From: Octopus sinensis
Taxonomy: Eukaryota
Reading direction: 5' to 3'
DNA length: 64,000 nucleotides
Assembly (NCBI RefSeq): GCF_006345805.1
Contig: NC_043013.1
Coordinates: 45,446,001-45,510,000, forward strand
Shown here: one piece after another, positions 23,560-34,951 of the stretch
Layout: each line of letters begins with the position of its first letter
Position numbering within the stretch: position 1 is the stretch's first letter
The notes under the pieces: model-generated
Told to the model about the DNA's origin: nothing
Databases searched by the model: none
The model's input: the letters and a program-made list of their open reading frames with translations, nothing else
Position numbers and translations under genes: made by a program

Positions 23560-24283
23560 TGAAATTTGGGAGAGAGGAATAGGCAGAGTAGACAGGAAAG
23601 AAAGGGTAGTAAAGCATGTTCGGGAGATAGAGAAGGGAGTGTAAGAGAGAAGGAGAGGGAGTTACTGCAGTAGGAGGAGGAGGCAGAGTGTAAGGGGGAA
23701 ACGCAAACGAAAAGACAGAGAAAAAGAGAGAAACACAGAGATAGAGAGAGGGAGAGAGAGACAGAGACAGAAAGATAGATATATAGAGAGGGGAGAAATC
23801 ATGGGTAGACAGGAAGATTGATAGAGAACTGGCAGAAAGGAAGGAGAATAAGTTGAAAAGAGAGTAAATAAACATAGAAAAAGGAAGATTGGATGGGAGA
23901 AAAACAATAAGAAGAGGCAGAGGGATACAGAGGGAGAGAGAGTGAGTAAGTGAGAAAGAGAGAGAAAGATAGAGAGAGAGAAACATAGGAAGAAAGATAT
24001 ATAAAGAGGTGATGACTGACAGGTGAGAGAGAGTAAACAAATATAGAAAGAAGAGTAGGAGAGGATAAATAAGAGTAAAATAGAGCCGAGTGAAATGTGA
24101 ATACGATTCGGGAGATAGAGGGAAAAGTGTTAGAGAGAGGGGATAGAGAAGGAGAAAGAGAGGGGGACATTACGGTAGTAGTAGGAGGAAGAGTGTAAGA
24201 GGGAAACGCAAATGAAAAAAGAGAGAAAGAGAGAGTAAGGCAGAGACAGAGATAGGTAGATAGATAGATAGATAGATAGAGAG

Positions 24284-24339
<56 letters not shown>

Positions 24340-24345
24340 AAGATA
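23560..24345 (+). repeat. Purine-rich (GA/GATA/GACA) low-complexity tract
   Basis: Direct reading; explains ORFs 23519, 23662, 23799 and 24130. Confidence 0.9.
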
Positions 24346-24520
24346 GGAATCTTTTCGGTTTGAACGGCAGTTTTTTAAAATAATTTCCACGTAACTAAAC
24401 ACTTTTAAACTTCGTATACTGGTAGAATGTGTTTATAAAACATCTTTTTCTCTTGGCTTTATAGAGAAAATTCTATAGTTTGTAAGATATTTGTTGTTTA
24501 TTTTCTACAATTTCTGCAAT
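24346..24520 (+). mobile_element. Merlin-like MITE copy 4 (truncated)
   Basis: Left TIR GGAATCTTTTCGGTTTGAACGGCAG plus ~150 bp of body, ending at TTTCTGCAAT. Confidence 0.85.
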
Positions 24521-25140
24521 ACATAAAGCTAAGGGCATTGAGCACAACAATGACACTTCAGGCAATGAGTCCCTATTAAATTTTATTAAACTTGACCAAT
24601 ATTTTTTAAATAATGAACAATTTTTATCAAAACGATGATATAATTTGTCGACTTGGAACTTATTGTATAGCAGCATGATAAACAACGTCTTTTGTCTTCC
24701 CATTCGGGGGTCAGTACAATTTTTTTCTGTCTAACATCTTTCTCTCCCTCTCTCTTTCTGATGATTGTTTTCGACCATCACCATCACCAGTACCACCATT
24801 ATCGCCACCACATATGCTAAACACACACCACTCAGACTTCTGACACCACTACCATCAATACCTTTCACTCCAACCGCCCTCCCTTCCACCATCACCACTG
24901 TCTTTCACATCGCTTACTATCACCGACATCCCTGACTGTCCCGGCTACCACCACCACCACCACCACCACCATCATCATCATCACCATCGCCTTCGAGTGA
25001 AGATGTGTACGTTTTCATAGTGATGTATACGTACGCACGTTGGTGCACGAGCGCACATGTGTACGTATGAACAGGCATGCTTACGTGTTTACTATGAATT
25101 TTTAACCTTATCTTAATTAGCGGTCATTCGAATTAGCGCT

Positions 25141-25214
25141 TTTGTAATAACTCTCTAAAAATGCTTATATAGTTATTTCCCTTACAACCCGAGCAACGCC
25201 GGGCGATACTGCTA

Positions 25215-25216
<2 letters not shown>
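25141..25216 (-). mobile_element. Lep1/HINE-like element terminal fragment
   Basis: AACTCTCTAAAAATGCTT..CCGAGCAACGCCGGGCGATACTGCTAGT next to (TA)n. Confidence 0.8.
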
Positions 25217-25292
<76 letters not shown>

Positions 25293-25580
25293 GGGTTTCG
25301 AAGAACGTATTTAATTGGTTGCATTATTTTTAATTCGTGTAATGTACTTTTCCCTCGCAAATGTATGTTTTTTCAATGGAAATTATAAATCTGTTGTTTA
25401 ACTGAACTCTGATGGAATCGCATACATTATCTCGGTCGCGCCCAGGTAGAATTGCCTATTTACCCCCAATATCCTTGATGCAAATAGTACTAATAATCGC
25501 TTAAATTATATGTATATAATATGCATGGCCGCAGTCAAATGACTGAAACAAGTAAAAGAATAAAAGAATGTATATACATA

Positions 25581-25976
25581 GGCGCAGGCGTGGCTGTGTG
25601 GTAAGTAGCTTGCTTACCAACCACATGGTTCCGGATTCAGTCCCACTGTGTGGCACCTTGAGCAAGTGTCTTCTACTATAGCCTCAGGCCAACCAAAGCC
25701 TTGTGAGTGGATTTGGCAGACGGAAACTGAAAGAAGCCCGTCGTAAATATATATATATATTTATGTGTGTTTGTGTGTGTGTATGTTTGTCACCCCAACA
25801 TCGCTTGACAACCGATGCTGGTGTGTTTACGTCCCCGTAACTTAGCGGTTCGGCAAAAGAAACCGATAGAATAAGTACTAGGCTTCCAAAGAATAAGTCC
25901 TGGGGTCGATTTGCTCGACCAAAGGCGGTGCTCCAGCATGGCTGCAGTCAAATGACTGAAACAAGTAAAAGAGTAA
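25581..25976 (+). mobile_element. SINE family B, full length (plus an orphan tail at 25521-25568)
   Basis: GGCGCAGGCGTGGCTGTGTGGTAAG..GGATTCAGTCCC head, internal (TA)(TG)n, CAGTCAAATGACTG tail. Confidence 0.9.
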
Positions 25977-26526
25977 ACACATACAAACACACACACACGC
26001 ATCCACAAATACACATACATACATATATATTACATATTCTCTATTCTATTTCATTTTTAACACTGTTGCATCATTTTCATAAAGTTTAAATAGAGTTTTC
26101 TACAAATACCAGGCACATCTCTCTCAAATTACATCCCTGTCGTCTGGAAAAACAGAACGCATTGGATGTGTTCTCGTTAGTTCTCGCTACGTTCTGCTGT
26201 GTGGGGGAAAGAGGCGACATGCTCACGGTTGGAATATTCTTCATCGTAAAAAGTGTTCGATCAAGGATGATTTGAGGTTAAGCAGCAACTAAGGAGTTAC
26301 GAATCAAATCAGGGGACTCTGTGTTGACGCTCGAAACGCTACGAATAGCAGCCAAGTCGCCATCACATCGTGCATCATGGCGTCTTTAAAAAAGAAATGG
26401 TACGTCGGACAATGTAGTCTATGATATCAAAACAAAGAGATGCTCACGGTGGTGGCACTGCCTTTTTTAATAAATTGACTCAATCAGATTCTTACCTGAG
26501 ACTAAACAACAACAGCAACAACAAAT

Positions 26527-26950
26527 GGAGGCACAATGGCCCAGTGGTTAGAGCAGCGGACACGCGGTCGGAGGATCGCGGTTTCGATTCCCAGACCGGG
26601 CGTTGCGTGTGTTTATTGAGCGAAAACACCTAAAAGCTCCACGAGGTTCCGGCAGGGGGTGGTGGCGACCCCTGTTGTACTCTTTCGCTCCAACTTTTCT
26701 CTCACTCTTTTTTCCTGTTTCTTGTCCTCGACTTCCTACGCAACCGCTGAGCCTGGATGCGCATTCATCCATCCGTCGATGCTCTCGGTGTCGGGGGTTG
26801 ACCTGCTTTCTCTTCTGCGGGTCTAACGAATAGCAAAGGACCACGTTTCAGACTTCTCCCACTACACAGGCGCGATCTTGCGAGCTCTGGGACGAAGACC
26901 GCTTCGCTCAACCAACCAACCAACAAACAAACAAACAAACAGCGACAACA
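26527..26950 (+). mobile_element. SINE family C, full length
   Basis: Same head as 20352; tail GGACGAAGACCGCTTCGCTCAACC(AACC/AAAC)n. Confidence 0.85.
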
Positions 26951-27224
26951 ACAACCACTGCTTCACTGATTAGCTTTTGTCGTGATTTCGTCCCATGCGC
27001 GGAAGCAATTCAACCATTGACGTTCTTGCTTAGAAACCGTACAAGAAGAATCAACTGATTCCTCTCGATGCCAAAGAGTTGATCTCTCTCTCTCTTTTTT
27101 ACGAAAATCGAGAATATTGTCTGAGATTGTCTTATTGGCTCATGGAAAAACCCAAGTTAGTAGCATGTTTTTAGTGGATGTATCGGTTGTTCGAGTCGGA
27201 GTTGCATTTCAGAAGCTAGCGATC

Positions 27225-28285
27225 AGTGTTTGACAACCATTTACAACCATTTTCCTTTTATAAGCATCTCCAGCCACCCGAAACTCAGAACTTTCGGATG
27301 CAAGCTATTAACTACTTTTCTTTGTGTAAAATGCGTCCGTCACGTGCAGAAAAGACTTTGTTTTCTAAATATACACGGATGCCGTCGGGTCCTGACCTGA
27401 TTGTCACTCCCCAAGAGAAATTCGTCATGATGCCATCACTCAGATGCATCTGATATATATTTGACATATCAGTGTTGCTATCTCTCGCATTCATTTGAAT
27501 GCACTTACACACTTCTGCCTCCGTTGAACTTGTACAGATTGCAACTGATTAGGAGCAGGACGAAGAGCTTTCAAGCCTCCGGAAGTTGTGTTATTTAACA
27601 CTTTAATTTGTGTCTCTCCCTTCTTCATTTGTATATATTTGATGAGAAGTTTCCACTGGTCACGAAAGCCAGTACACGCTATAGAAGTATTGTCAAGCAG
27701 TTTTCTCAGCATTCTATTGTTTTTCAAACACTGATGCTAACTTGGTTTGTGAGAAAGCTAAAACATACCACTACATCATTCAATCACTTGGCACCTTCAC
27801 AACACCTGATACTTGTTTTTCCAACACATACTTATCAATATCGTCGGAGCACTGCCTTCACCTCAGAATTATACTTACTTGCTGACTTGCATCGATCGGT
27901 TTTCCGAATGGCCTGAAGCCATTCCTCTGGCTAACATCTCTGCTGAGACAGTCAGTACAACACTCGTGCTTCATTGGATTTTCCTTGATACACACCTACT
28001 ACCATTACGATAGACAGAGGACGTTAGCTCGAGTTCCATTTCTTTACAGAATTAACGCATCTGTTCAGTTGTAAACACACATGCACGACTAACTTTCCAG
28101 GCATCCATGTGAAAATGCGTTTTTATGCCATTAGCTACAGCTAATGGCATAAAAACGCATTTTCACAGAAGTCAGCTCTAAAGACTTACTTGGAATACCT
28201 TTTTCTTGTTCTTATGGGAATTCGCTCTACAATTAAAGAACGAATGAATTGTACACGAGCCGAACTTCTTTGCGATAATACTCTG
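27225..28285 (+). mobile_element. Gypsy/Ty3 LTR retrotransposon pol (integrase) remnant
   Basis: FQHILINIVGALPSPQNYTYLLTCIDRFSEWPEAIP..TITIDRGR*LEF..LPFVLMGIRSTIKE matches the rve core (DIVGPLP..CIDRFTRWPEAIP..TDRG); frameshifted. Confidence 0.85.
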
Positions 28286-28289
28286 TTGT

Positions 28290-28350
28290 TGACGAAATAC
28301 CGCTAAGCATTTCGCCCGGCGCGCTAACGTGTCTGCCAGATCGCCACCTT
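28290..28350 (-). mobile_element. SINE family A head fragment
   Basis: GACGAAATACCGCTAAGCATTTCGCCCGGCGCGCTAACG..CTGCCAGATCGCCACC. Confidence 0.75.
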
Positions 28351-28518
28351 AATGACATATTGACATACAAAAATACCCTGTTGTTGATGTTGAAATTCCA
28401 ATGAAGGAGCCTGTGGTCTAGGTTAGAAACTGGTTCTTTCTCTATTGGCAAGAAATCTTGAAATAAACTGAATAATCATACATGCATACATACATACATA
28501 CATACATTCATACATACA

Positions 28519-28549
<31 letters not shown>

Positions 28550-29256
28550 TGTACGGCCACAGCTTTTGGGATGAAACGAATGAAAGAATAAAAGAATATG
28601 TACGCATACACAGATGTTAATACTAATTATTATACGTAGATGTACTCATACAAGACACTGTCACAAAGAGGCGCATACACATTGTCATACACAGAAGCCA
28701 TTATTCATTGTTACACATAATGATACATGGAGTCTAATACTCAGTGCAGTAGCCAATATCTCCAGCACTAAGTTCATAGACATATATATAAGTCAATATC
28801 CAAAGCCATACATCGGCATAAGCAGTACCAATATCCGTATTTCAAATTGACATGAATTGTCTGTGACAATGCAAAAAAGACATAATAGAGTTTGCTACGA
28901 ACCATTGTTGGCTTTCGGACAATATTTCAGAAACTTGATATGGTACCAAATTTAAGTAATAGACCTGATTTAAAACAGATTTTCTAAAAATAAAACGTTG
29001 TTCTTTTCTAGAGGAAAACAATTCGTTGTAAATCTCTGAGCGGGAGATATACAGTAATGCTACCGAACAGTACAGTTCATATGCCAACAGAATGTGGCAG
29101 TTCTATAAAGGACGATGCTACTGTTGTTTTAACCCCATGAAAACATCTTTTCCAGCTGGCTATCGACACACAGCATTTGCAAGGGAGGTCATCGCTCCCA
29201 TCACTTTGCGTTACGTGATACACACAGACCTAGGTTTTTAGTTGGGTACCTGTCCT

Positions 29257-29672
29257 GGATCTTTTCGGTTTGAACGGCAGTTTTTTCTTGCGGTGTCATA
29301 TGAAATTGTCACCCATAATTATGACCCTAGAATCGATCTATTGCATTTCAATCTGTTTTAGGGTTAGGGTTAGGGTGGGGGAAGGGTATCTTTTTTTTCT
29401 TCACAAATGTAAATAAACCCAATCTGTTTCTTAAACGAGGGACATATTCATACGGCACAGAATGCTTTTTAACTCAATGGACGTCAGCGATTGGTTGAAA
29501 TTGCAGAAATTGAAGAAAAAAAACAACAAATATCTTATAAACTATAGAATTTTCTCAATAAAGCCAAGAGAAAAAGATGTTTTATAAACACATTCTACCA
29601 GTATACGAAGTTTAAGATTTTTTAGTTACGTGGAAATTATGTTAAAAACTGCCGTTCAAACCGAAAAGATCC
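29257..29672 (-). mobile_element. Merlin-like MITE copy 5
   Basis: TIRs intact; perfect TSD CCTGTCCT (29249-29256 / 29673-29680); (TTAGGG)3. Confidence 0.92.
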
Positions 29673-29792
29673 CCTGTCCTCAGCGTGAGACAATCATGGG
29701 CTAGTGACGAAAGCTTTGTCCACTCGCAAATGCTATATATTCTTTAAGCGGCGCACAGTCGCTGATCTCATCTTTTGTAGGACTGCCACATT

Positions 29793-30036
29793 CTGTTGGC
29801 ATATAAACTTTACTGTTCGGTACTGTTGGCATATAAACTTTACTGTTCGGTACTGTTGGCATATAAACTTTACTGTTCGGTACTGTTGGCATATAAACTT
29901 TACTGTTCGGTACTGTTGGCATATAAACTTTACTGTTCGGTACTGTTGGCATATAAACTTTACTGTTCGGTACTGTTGGCATATAAACTTTACTGTTCGG
30001 TACTGTTGGCATATAAACTTTACTGTTCGGTACTGT
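29793..30036 (+). repeat. 30-bp minisatellite, 8 copies
   Basis: Unit CTGTTGGCATATAAACTTTACTGTTCGGTA; single copy in the inverted unit near 29050-29085. Confidence 0.95.
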
Positions 30037-30169
30037 TACTGCATATCTCTCGCTCAGATTTTTAAAACAAGTTTTTTTTTTCTCTATACGAGATCAGTGA
30101 CTGTGCGTCGCTCAAAGAATAAATAGCATTTGCGAATGGAGAAAGTTTTCGTCACTAGCCAGTGATTGT

Positions 30170-30214
30170 CTCACACTGAAGACAGGTAACCACCAAGAAG
30201 CCTAAGTCTGTGAG
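30170..30214 (+). ncRNA. Minimal type I hammerhead ribozyme fold (degenerate)
   Basis: CTCACA-CTGAAGA-CAGGTAACCACCAA-GAAGC-CTAA-GTC-TGTGAG: perfect 6-bp stem I, canonical CUGANGA, GUC triplet; GAAAC mutated to GAAGC. Confidence 0.6.
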
Positions 30215-30406
30215 TATAACGCAAGGCTAGGGATGGGAGCGATGACATCCCTTGCAAATGCTATAGGGACACAGCCTGTATGCCGATAGCCAGCTGGAAA
30301 AGATCTTTTCCTGGGGCAAAAACAAAAGTAACATCGTCCTTTATAGGACTGCCACATTCTGTTGGCATATAAACTTCACTATTTTTTTTTGTATGAAGTA
30401 TATATG

Positions 30407-30449
<43 letters not shown>

Positions 30450-30451
<2 letters not shown>

Positions 30452-30845
30452 CGCAGGGGTGGCTGTGTGGTAAGTAGCTTGCTAACCAACCACATTGTTC
30501 CGGGTTCAGTTCCACTGCGTGACACCTTGGGCAAGTGTCTTCTACTATAGCCTCGGACCGACCAAAGCCTTGTGAGTGGATTTGGTAGACGGAAACTGAA
30601 AGAAGCCCGTCGTATATATGTATACGTATATATATGTGTGTGTTAGTGTATCTGTGTTTGTCCTCACCAACATCGCTTGACAACCGATGCTGGTGTGCTT
30701 ACGTCTCCGTAACTTAGCGGTTCGGCAAAAGAGACCGATAGAATAAGTACTAGACTTACAAAGAATAAGTCCTGGGGTCGATTTGCTCGACTAAAGGCGG
30801 TGCTACAGCATGGCCACAGTCAAATGACTGAAACAATTAAAGAGT
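30450..30845 (+). mobile_element. SINE family B, full length
   Basis: GGCGCAGGGGTGGCTGTGTGGTAAG..CAGTCAAATGACTGAAACAATTAAAGAG. Confidence 0.9.
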
Positions 30846-30912
30846 ATATATATATATATATATATATATGTAAATATATGCATTTATATGTATGTATATA
30901 TATATATTATAT

Positions 30913-30949
<37 letters not shown>

Positions 30950-30965
<16 letters not shown>

Positions 30966-31210
30966 TAGTGTATCTGTGTTTGTCCTCACCAACATCGCTT
31001 GACAACCGATGCTGGTGTGCTTACGTCTCCGTAACTTAGCGGTTCGGCAAAAGAGACCGATAGAATAAGTACTAGACTTACAAAGAATAAGTCCTGGGGT
31101 CGATTTGCTCGACTAAAGGCGGTGCTACAGCATGGCCACAGTCAAATGACTGAAACAATTAAAGAGTATATATATATATATATATTATATATATATATAT
31201 ATATATGTAA
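30950..31210 (+). repeat. Tandem duplicate of the SINE B 3' half plus (TA)n flank
   Basis: Essentially identical to ~30630-30900, including private variants (GTGCTACAGC, ACTAGACTTAC). Confidence 0.85.
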
Positions 31211-31227
31211 ATATATGCATTTATATG

Positions 31228-31301
<74 letters not shown>

Positions 31302-31302
31302 C

Positions 31303-31366
<64 letters not shown>

Positions 31367-31825
31367 GTTTTCAACTTTCTAGCAACATTTCTCGTTTGGA
31401 TTGGATACAACTTAAAATATTCAAATAATTTAATATTTACTGGATTTAAGAATAAATTTTAAATTATTAAACTATTGGGCTTCTAAATTTTAGCGTGAGA
31501 CGCAAAAATAAATCCGGATCTTTGGTAGTAATTAACTGTGCAGGAATTGTTGGTCTGTTGAGGATTGTGGTATGTGGTCTGTGGTAGAGATGTAAAATGT
31601 CGACAGAGTAAAAATATCTGCAAGAATTAACTGATAATCTGTGATGGGGCAGTGACCTATGAAGAATGAAATGATTGTAGGAGACCGAGGTTTGATGAAG
31701 TGTAAAAAAAAAAGTGTGACCTACGTAATGTTGAAAAACTGATCTATAAATCATTTAGGACCTACAGAAAAGAAATATAATTTACATAGGATTTTTAAAA
31801 AGGGTGTATTATATTTGGGAATGTG

Positions 31826-32300
31826 GAGGTGCAATGGCCCAGTGGTTAGGGCAGCGGACTCGCAGTCGTAGGATCGCGGTCTCGATTCCCAGACCGGGCA
31901 TTGTGAGTATTTATTGAGCGAAAACACCTAAAGCTCCACGATGCTCCGGCAGAGGGTGGTGGTGAACCCTGCTGTACTTTTTCACCACAACTTTCTCTCA
32001 CTCTTACTTCCTGTTTCTGTTGCATCTGTATTTCAAAGGGCCGGCCTTGTCACACTCTGTGTCACGCTGAATCTCCCCGAGAACTACGTTTAGGGTACAC
32101 GTGTCTGTGGAGTGCTCAGCCACTTGCACGTTAATAAATGAGCTGTGATGTCACTGGTGCCAAGCTGTATCGGCCTTTGCCTTTCCCTCGGATAACATCG
32201 GTGGCGTGGAGAGGGGAGGCTGGTATGCGTGGACGACTGCTGTTCTTCCATAAACAACCTTGTCCAGACTTGTGCCTCGGAGAATAACTTTCTAGGTCAC
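31826..32300 (+). mobile_element. SINE family C head with an alternative 3' body
   Basis: Head and first ~170 bp match 20352/26527, then diverge (TTCAAAGGGCCGGCCTTGTCAC..). Confidence 0.75.
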
Positions 32301-32482
32301 AATATTTGAAAATGAATTTTGCGGATAATTTTTTTCTGATGAATAGCTGTCGTCTAATTTAAAAGTGTAGTCTGTGGAAGAACAACGATTTGCATAATGA
32401 TAGTAGTCAGTAAAGCAGCAACCGTACACTTTTGAATAATTGGAGGCTTGTGGAAGAACATACACTTACATACATACATACG

Positions 32483-32614
32483 CTTGCTTCACAACCACAT
32501 GATTCCGGGTTCAATCTCACTGCGTGGCACCTTGGGCAAGTGTCTTCTACTATAGCCTCGGACCGACCAAAGCGTTGTGAGTGGATTTGGTAGACAGAGA
32601 CTGAATGCAGCCTG

Positions 32615-32652
<38 letters not shown>

Positions 32653-32890
32653 ATGTGTGTGCCTGTGTGCATGTGTGTGCGTGTTTGTTTTTGTCTCTCA
32701 TCGCGGTTTGAGAACCGGTGGTAGTGTGTTTACGTTCCTGCAACTAAGCGATTAGGCAAAGTTAACCGATAAAACTAATACCAGGCTTAAGAATAGAAAA
32801 TAAATACTAGGATCGATTCAATCGACTAAAAGTTCGAGGCGGTGCCCCAGCGTGGCCGCAATCTAATAACTGGAATAGATGGAAGATAAG
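32483..32890 (+). mobile_element. SINE family B, diverged
   Basis: CAACCACATGATTCCGGGTTCAATCTCACTGCGTGGCACC..GGCGGTGCCCCAGCGTGGCCGCAATC. Confidence 0.8.
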
Positions 32891-32953
32891 CTAAGTAACT
32901 ACACCTGTGCCGTTGGCGATTTCTTCTCCATCTTTGGACTTTTCCCTTTCTCC

Positions 32954-32986
32954 TTTCCGACAAAGAGCTATGCTCGAAACGTCAAA
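32954..32986 (+). ncRNA. Degenerate minimal hammerhead fold (family 2)
   Basis: TTT-CCGACAA-A-GAGC-TAT-GCTC-GAAAC-GTC-AAA; downstream ~90 bp loosely homologous to the 43519 copy. Confidence 0.45.
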
Positions 32987-33119
32987 CTCTCTCCTTTCAC
33001 CGAGCGTCAAAGTTAATACATTACTTGTGCACGACGCCACGTTCGTTTTTCTTTGTTTTTTTATTCGTTTATTTGAATTGTTTGTTTATTTAAATTGACT
33101 ATATGTATAAAGTCCTTGC

Positions 33120-33835
33120 AAAATGCCAGCTGTACCCGAGCATGAGTTTATTGCACTCGCAGTCGGCTTCACCCAGGTTCATGTCCACAGATTCCATGCT
33201 TGCTGTGGCGCTCTCCTACTTGACCGGGTATCGGATAATGGCGTCATCGGCGAAGGCATAACCTAAAGTTTTTGGTCTAATGGGAGCTTGCACAGCACCT
33301 CACAAACTCTCTCCACTCTACTGACCTGATCCAGATACAAGCAAGGGTAAGATAGGCAGTACTAATATGGGTCGCAGACTCAGGAATATGGGTGCGCCAT
33401 AACCTCAAGCGTAAGTAAAAGACACCCAAAATGTTCAATGCCATTCCCCGAACATTTGGTTTTATATCAGAATAACCTTTTCCTAGAGACATGCTTTAGC
33501 AAAAACTTAGGGTTACCTCACCCCCAGTAGTCTTCCAGCACGCCGGACACCCACCCAGAATTTCTGAGGGCTCTTGCAATTCCTAGATAGTCGTTGAACT
33601 TATACTATGTTCAACAACTATCTAGCAATAACATGGGCCCTCACACTAGATTCATCTGTCTTTTGACATATCTTGTTTTTAGTCCTGCTGGGTTTCTAGC
33701 GATCCCCGTCACTAGGGAAGCCTAGTGGGGTATGCTTGTTTAGTCGCCGCCGACCCGACAATGCAATAGGTTGTGTTGGATTCCATGTTACCGGTAGCAG
33801 GTTACTTGTGAAGTCTCTCACAAGTAACCTGACTT
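33120..33835 (-). mobile_element. Possible non-LTR retrotransposon remnant with hairpin-rich flank
   Basis: Short minus-strand peptides LGVF, CKLPLDQKL and AFADD loosely resemble R2/RLE-type RT; three strong hairpins at 33566-33831; family not resolved. Confidence 0.3.
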
Positions 33836-34233
33836 ATCACAATTCACACACACACACACACACACAAATGATTAAGTGACCAGAAGATTGACTTGGCATT
33901 AGTCTTTATTTTGTACGGCAATCGTTTCGCCCCATCCTGCTACTGGCCTTTATGGGTGGGATTCTGTGCATCATGTCGTGCCGCATCTATTTTGCAGTCT
34001 GGGTCACATCAGAAACATCCTTGCATAAAGACAAATACTAAATCCATCTTCGGGTTACTCAATCAGTTATTGTGATCTCAACTAACACTGTGAAATTCCT
34101 GAAGCAGATCCAACGAAAATATACCCCAACTGGGGGTGACGCCAGGTAGCCCAAACCGTACCATTGCTTTACTCAACACAGTAACACACTGATCAACATA
34201 TACCCATTAGTCCAAGATATTACACACACACAC

Positions 34234-34269
<36 letters not shown>

Positions 34270-34433
34270 CAATGAGAATGAGTGCTCAACACCGGAATTG
34301 TGGATAAATATTCTTTATTTGTGGGTTAACAAGGCAACCAATTGTTTCATGTGAAGCTCTTCACATCAAACCATTGGTTGCCTTATTAACCGACAAATAA
34401 AGTGTGTGTGTGGTGTGTGTGTGTGTGTGTGTG

Positions 34434-34468
<35 letters not shown>

Positions 34469-34881
34469 AATCTGTGAGGGATATTATAACACAAGATTAC
34501 ACCCCGAAATATACACAAACATATTTGGAATAAATACAAACAAGACTCGTATACTTGGAGACAAGAAAATAAAATTTTAATATCATTCATTCAACCATTT
34601 TTTTCTTCAGAGGAACATCCTCAGTGTCTGTACTGTTATGAAAATTAATTTCCTTATATTCCGATTAACACTTCATCGACTAATTCCACTCTTCGAGACA
34701 GGATCTATTGGAATTGGTTATACAAATGTGTCTGTTGGATCTTTTCCCTTTCTTTTTGGATACTGCCTCAGCTTTCTTCACCACTTCTTGGTGATCTGAT
34801 AAACAATTTGACGATAATTACTTATAAATTTGTTTCTTTTTCCCAACCTGATGAGCGAAGTATCCCTCCTCACCACTCTTT

Positions 34882-34951
<70 letters not shown>

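Larger units (their letters stand above)
29030..30385. mobile_element. Penelope-like pLTR complex (inverted unit, partial unit, direct unit), each full unit with a hammerhead fold
   Basis: 30087-30380 is the reverse complement of 29070-29770 once the MITE is removed; 29777-30060 repeats the unit's 3' part; HHR folds at 30170-30214 (+) and 29221-29689 (-). Confidence 0.7.

Noticed and set aside
30950-31210. Exact tandem duplications next to (TA)n (also 63325-63626 and 3003-3050/3177-3225)
   Set aside because: May be real slippage products but are equally consistent with assembly artefacts; not treated as a biological novelty without reads.
33236-33270. AFADD as the RT catalytic motif
   Set aside because: No upstream QG.PLSP motif, and its order relative to LGVF/PLDQKL is inconsistent; probably coincidental.
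33885-33990. Hammerhead-like GGCA..ATGATGC..GCGAAACGATTGCC on the minus strand
   Set aside because: The core is not CUGANGA and there is no UH triplet.
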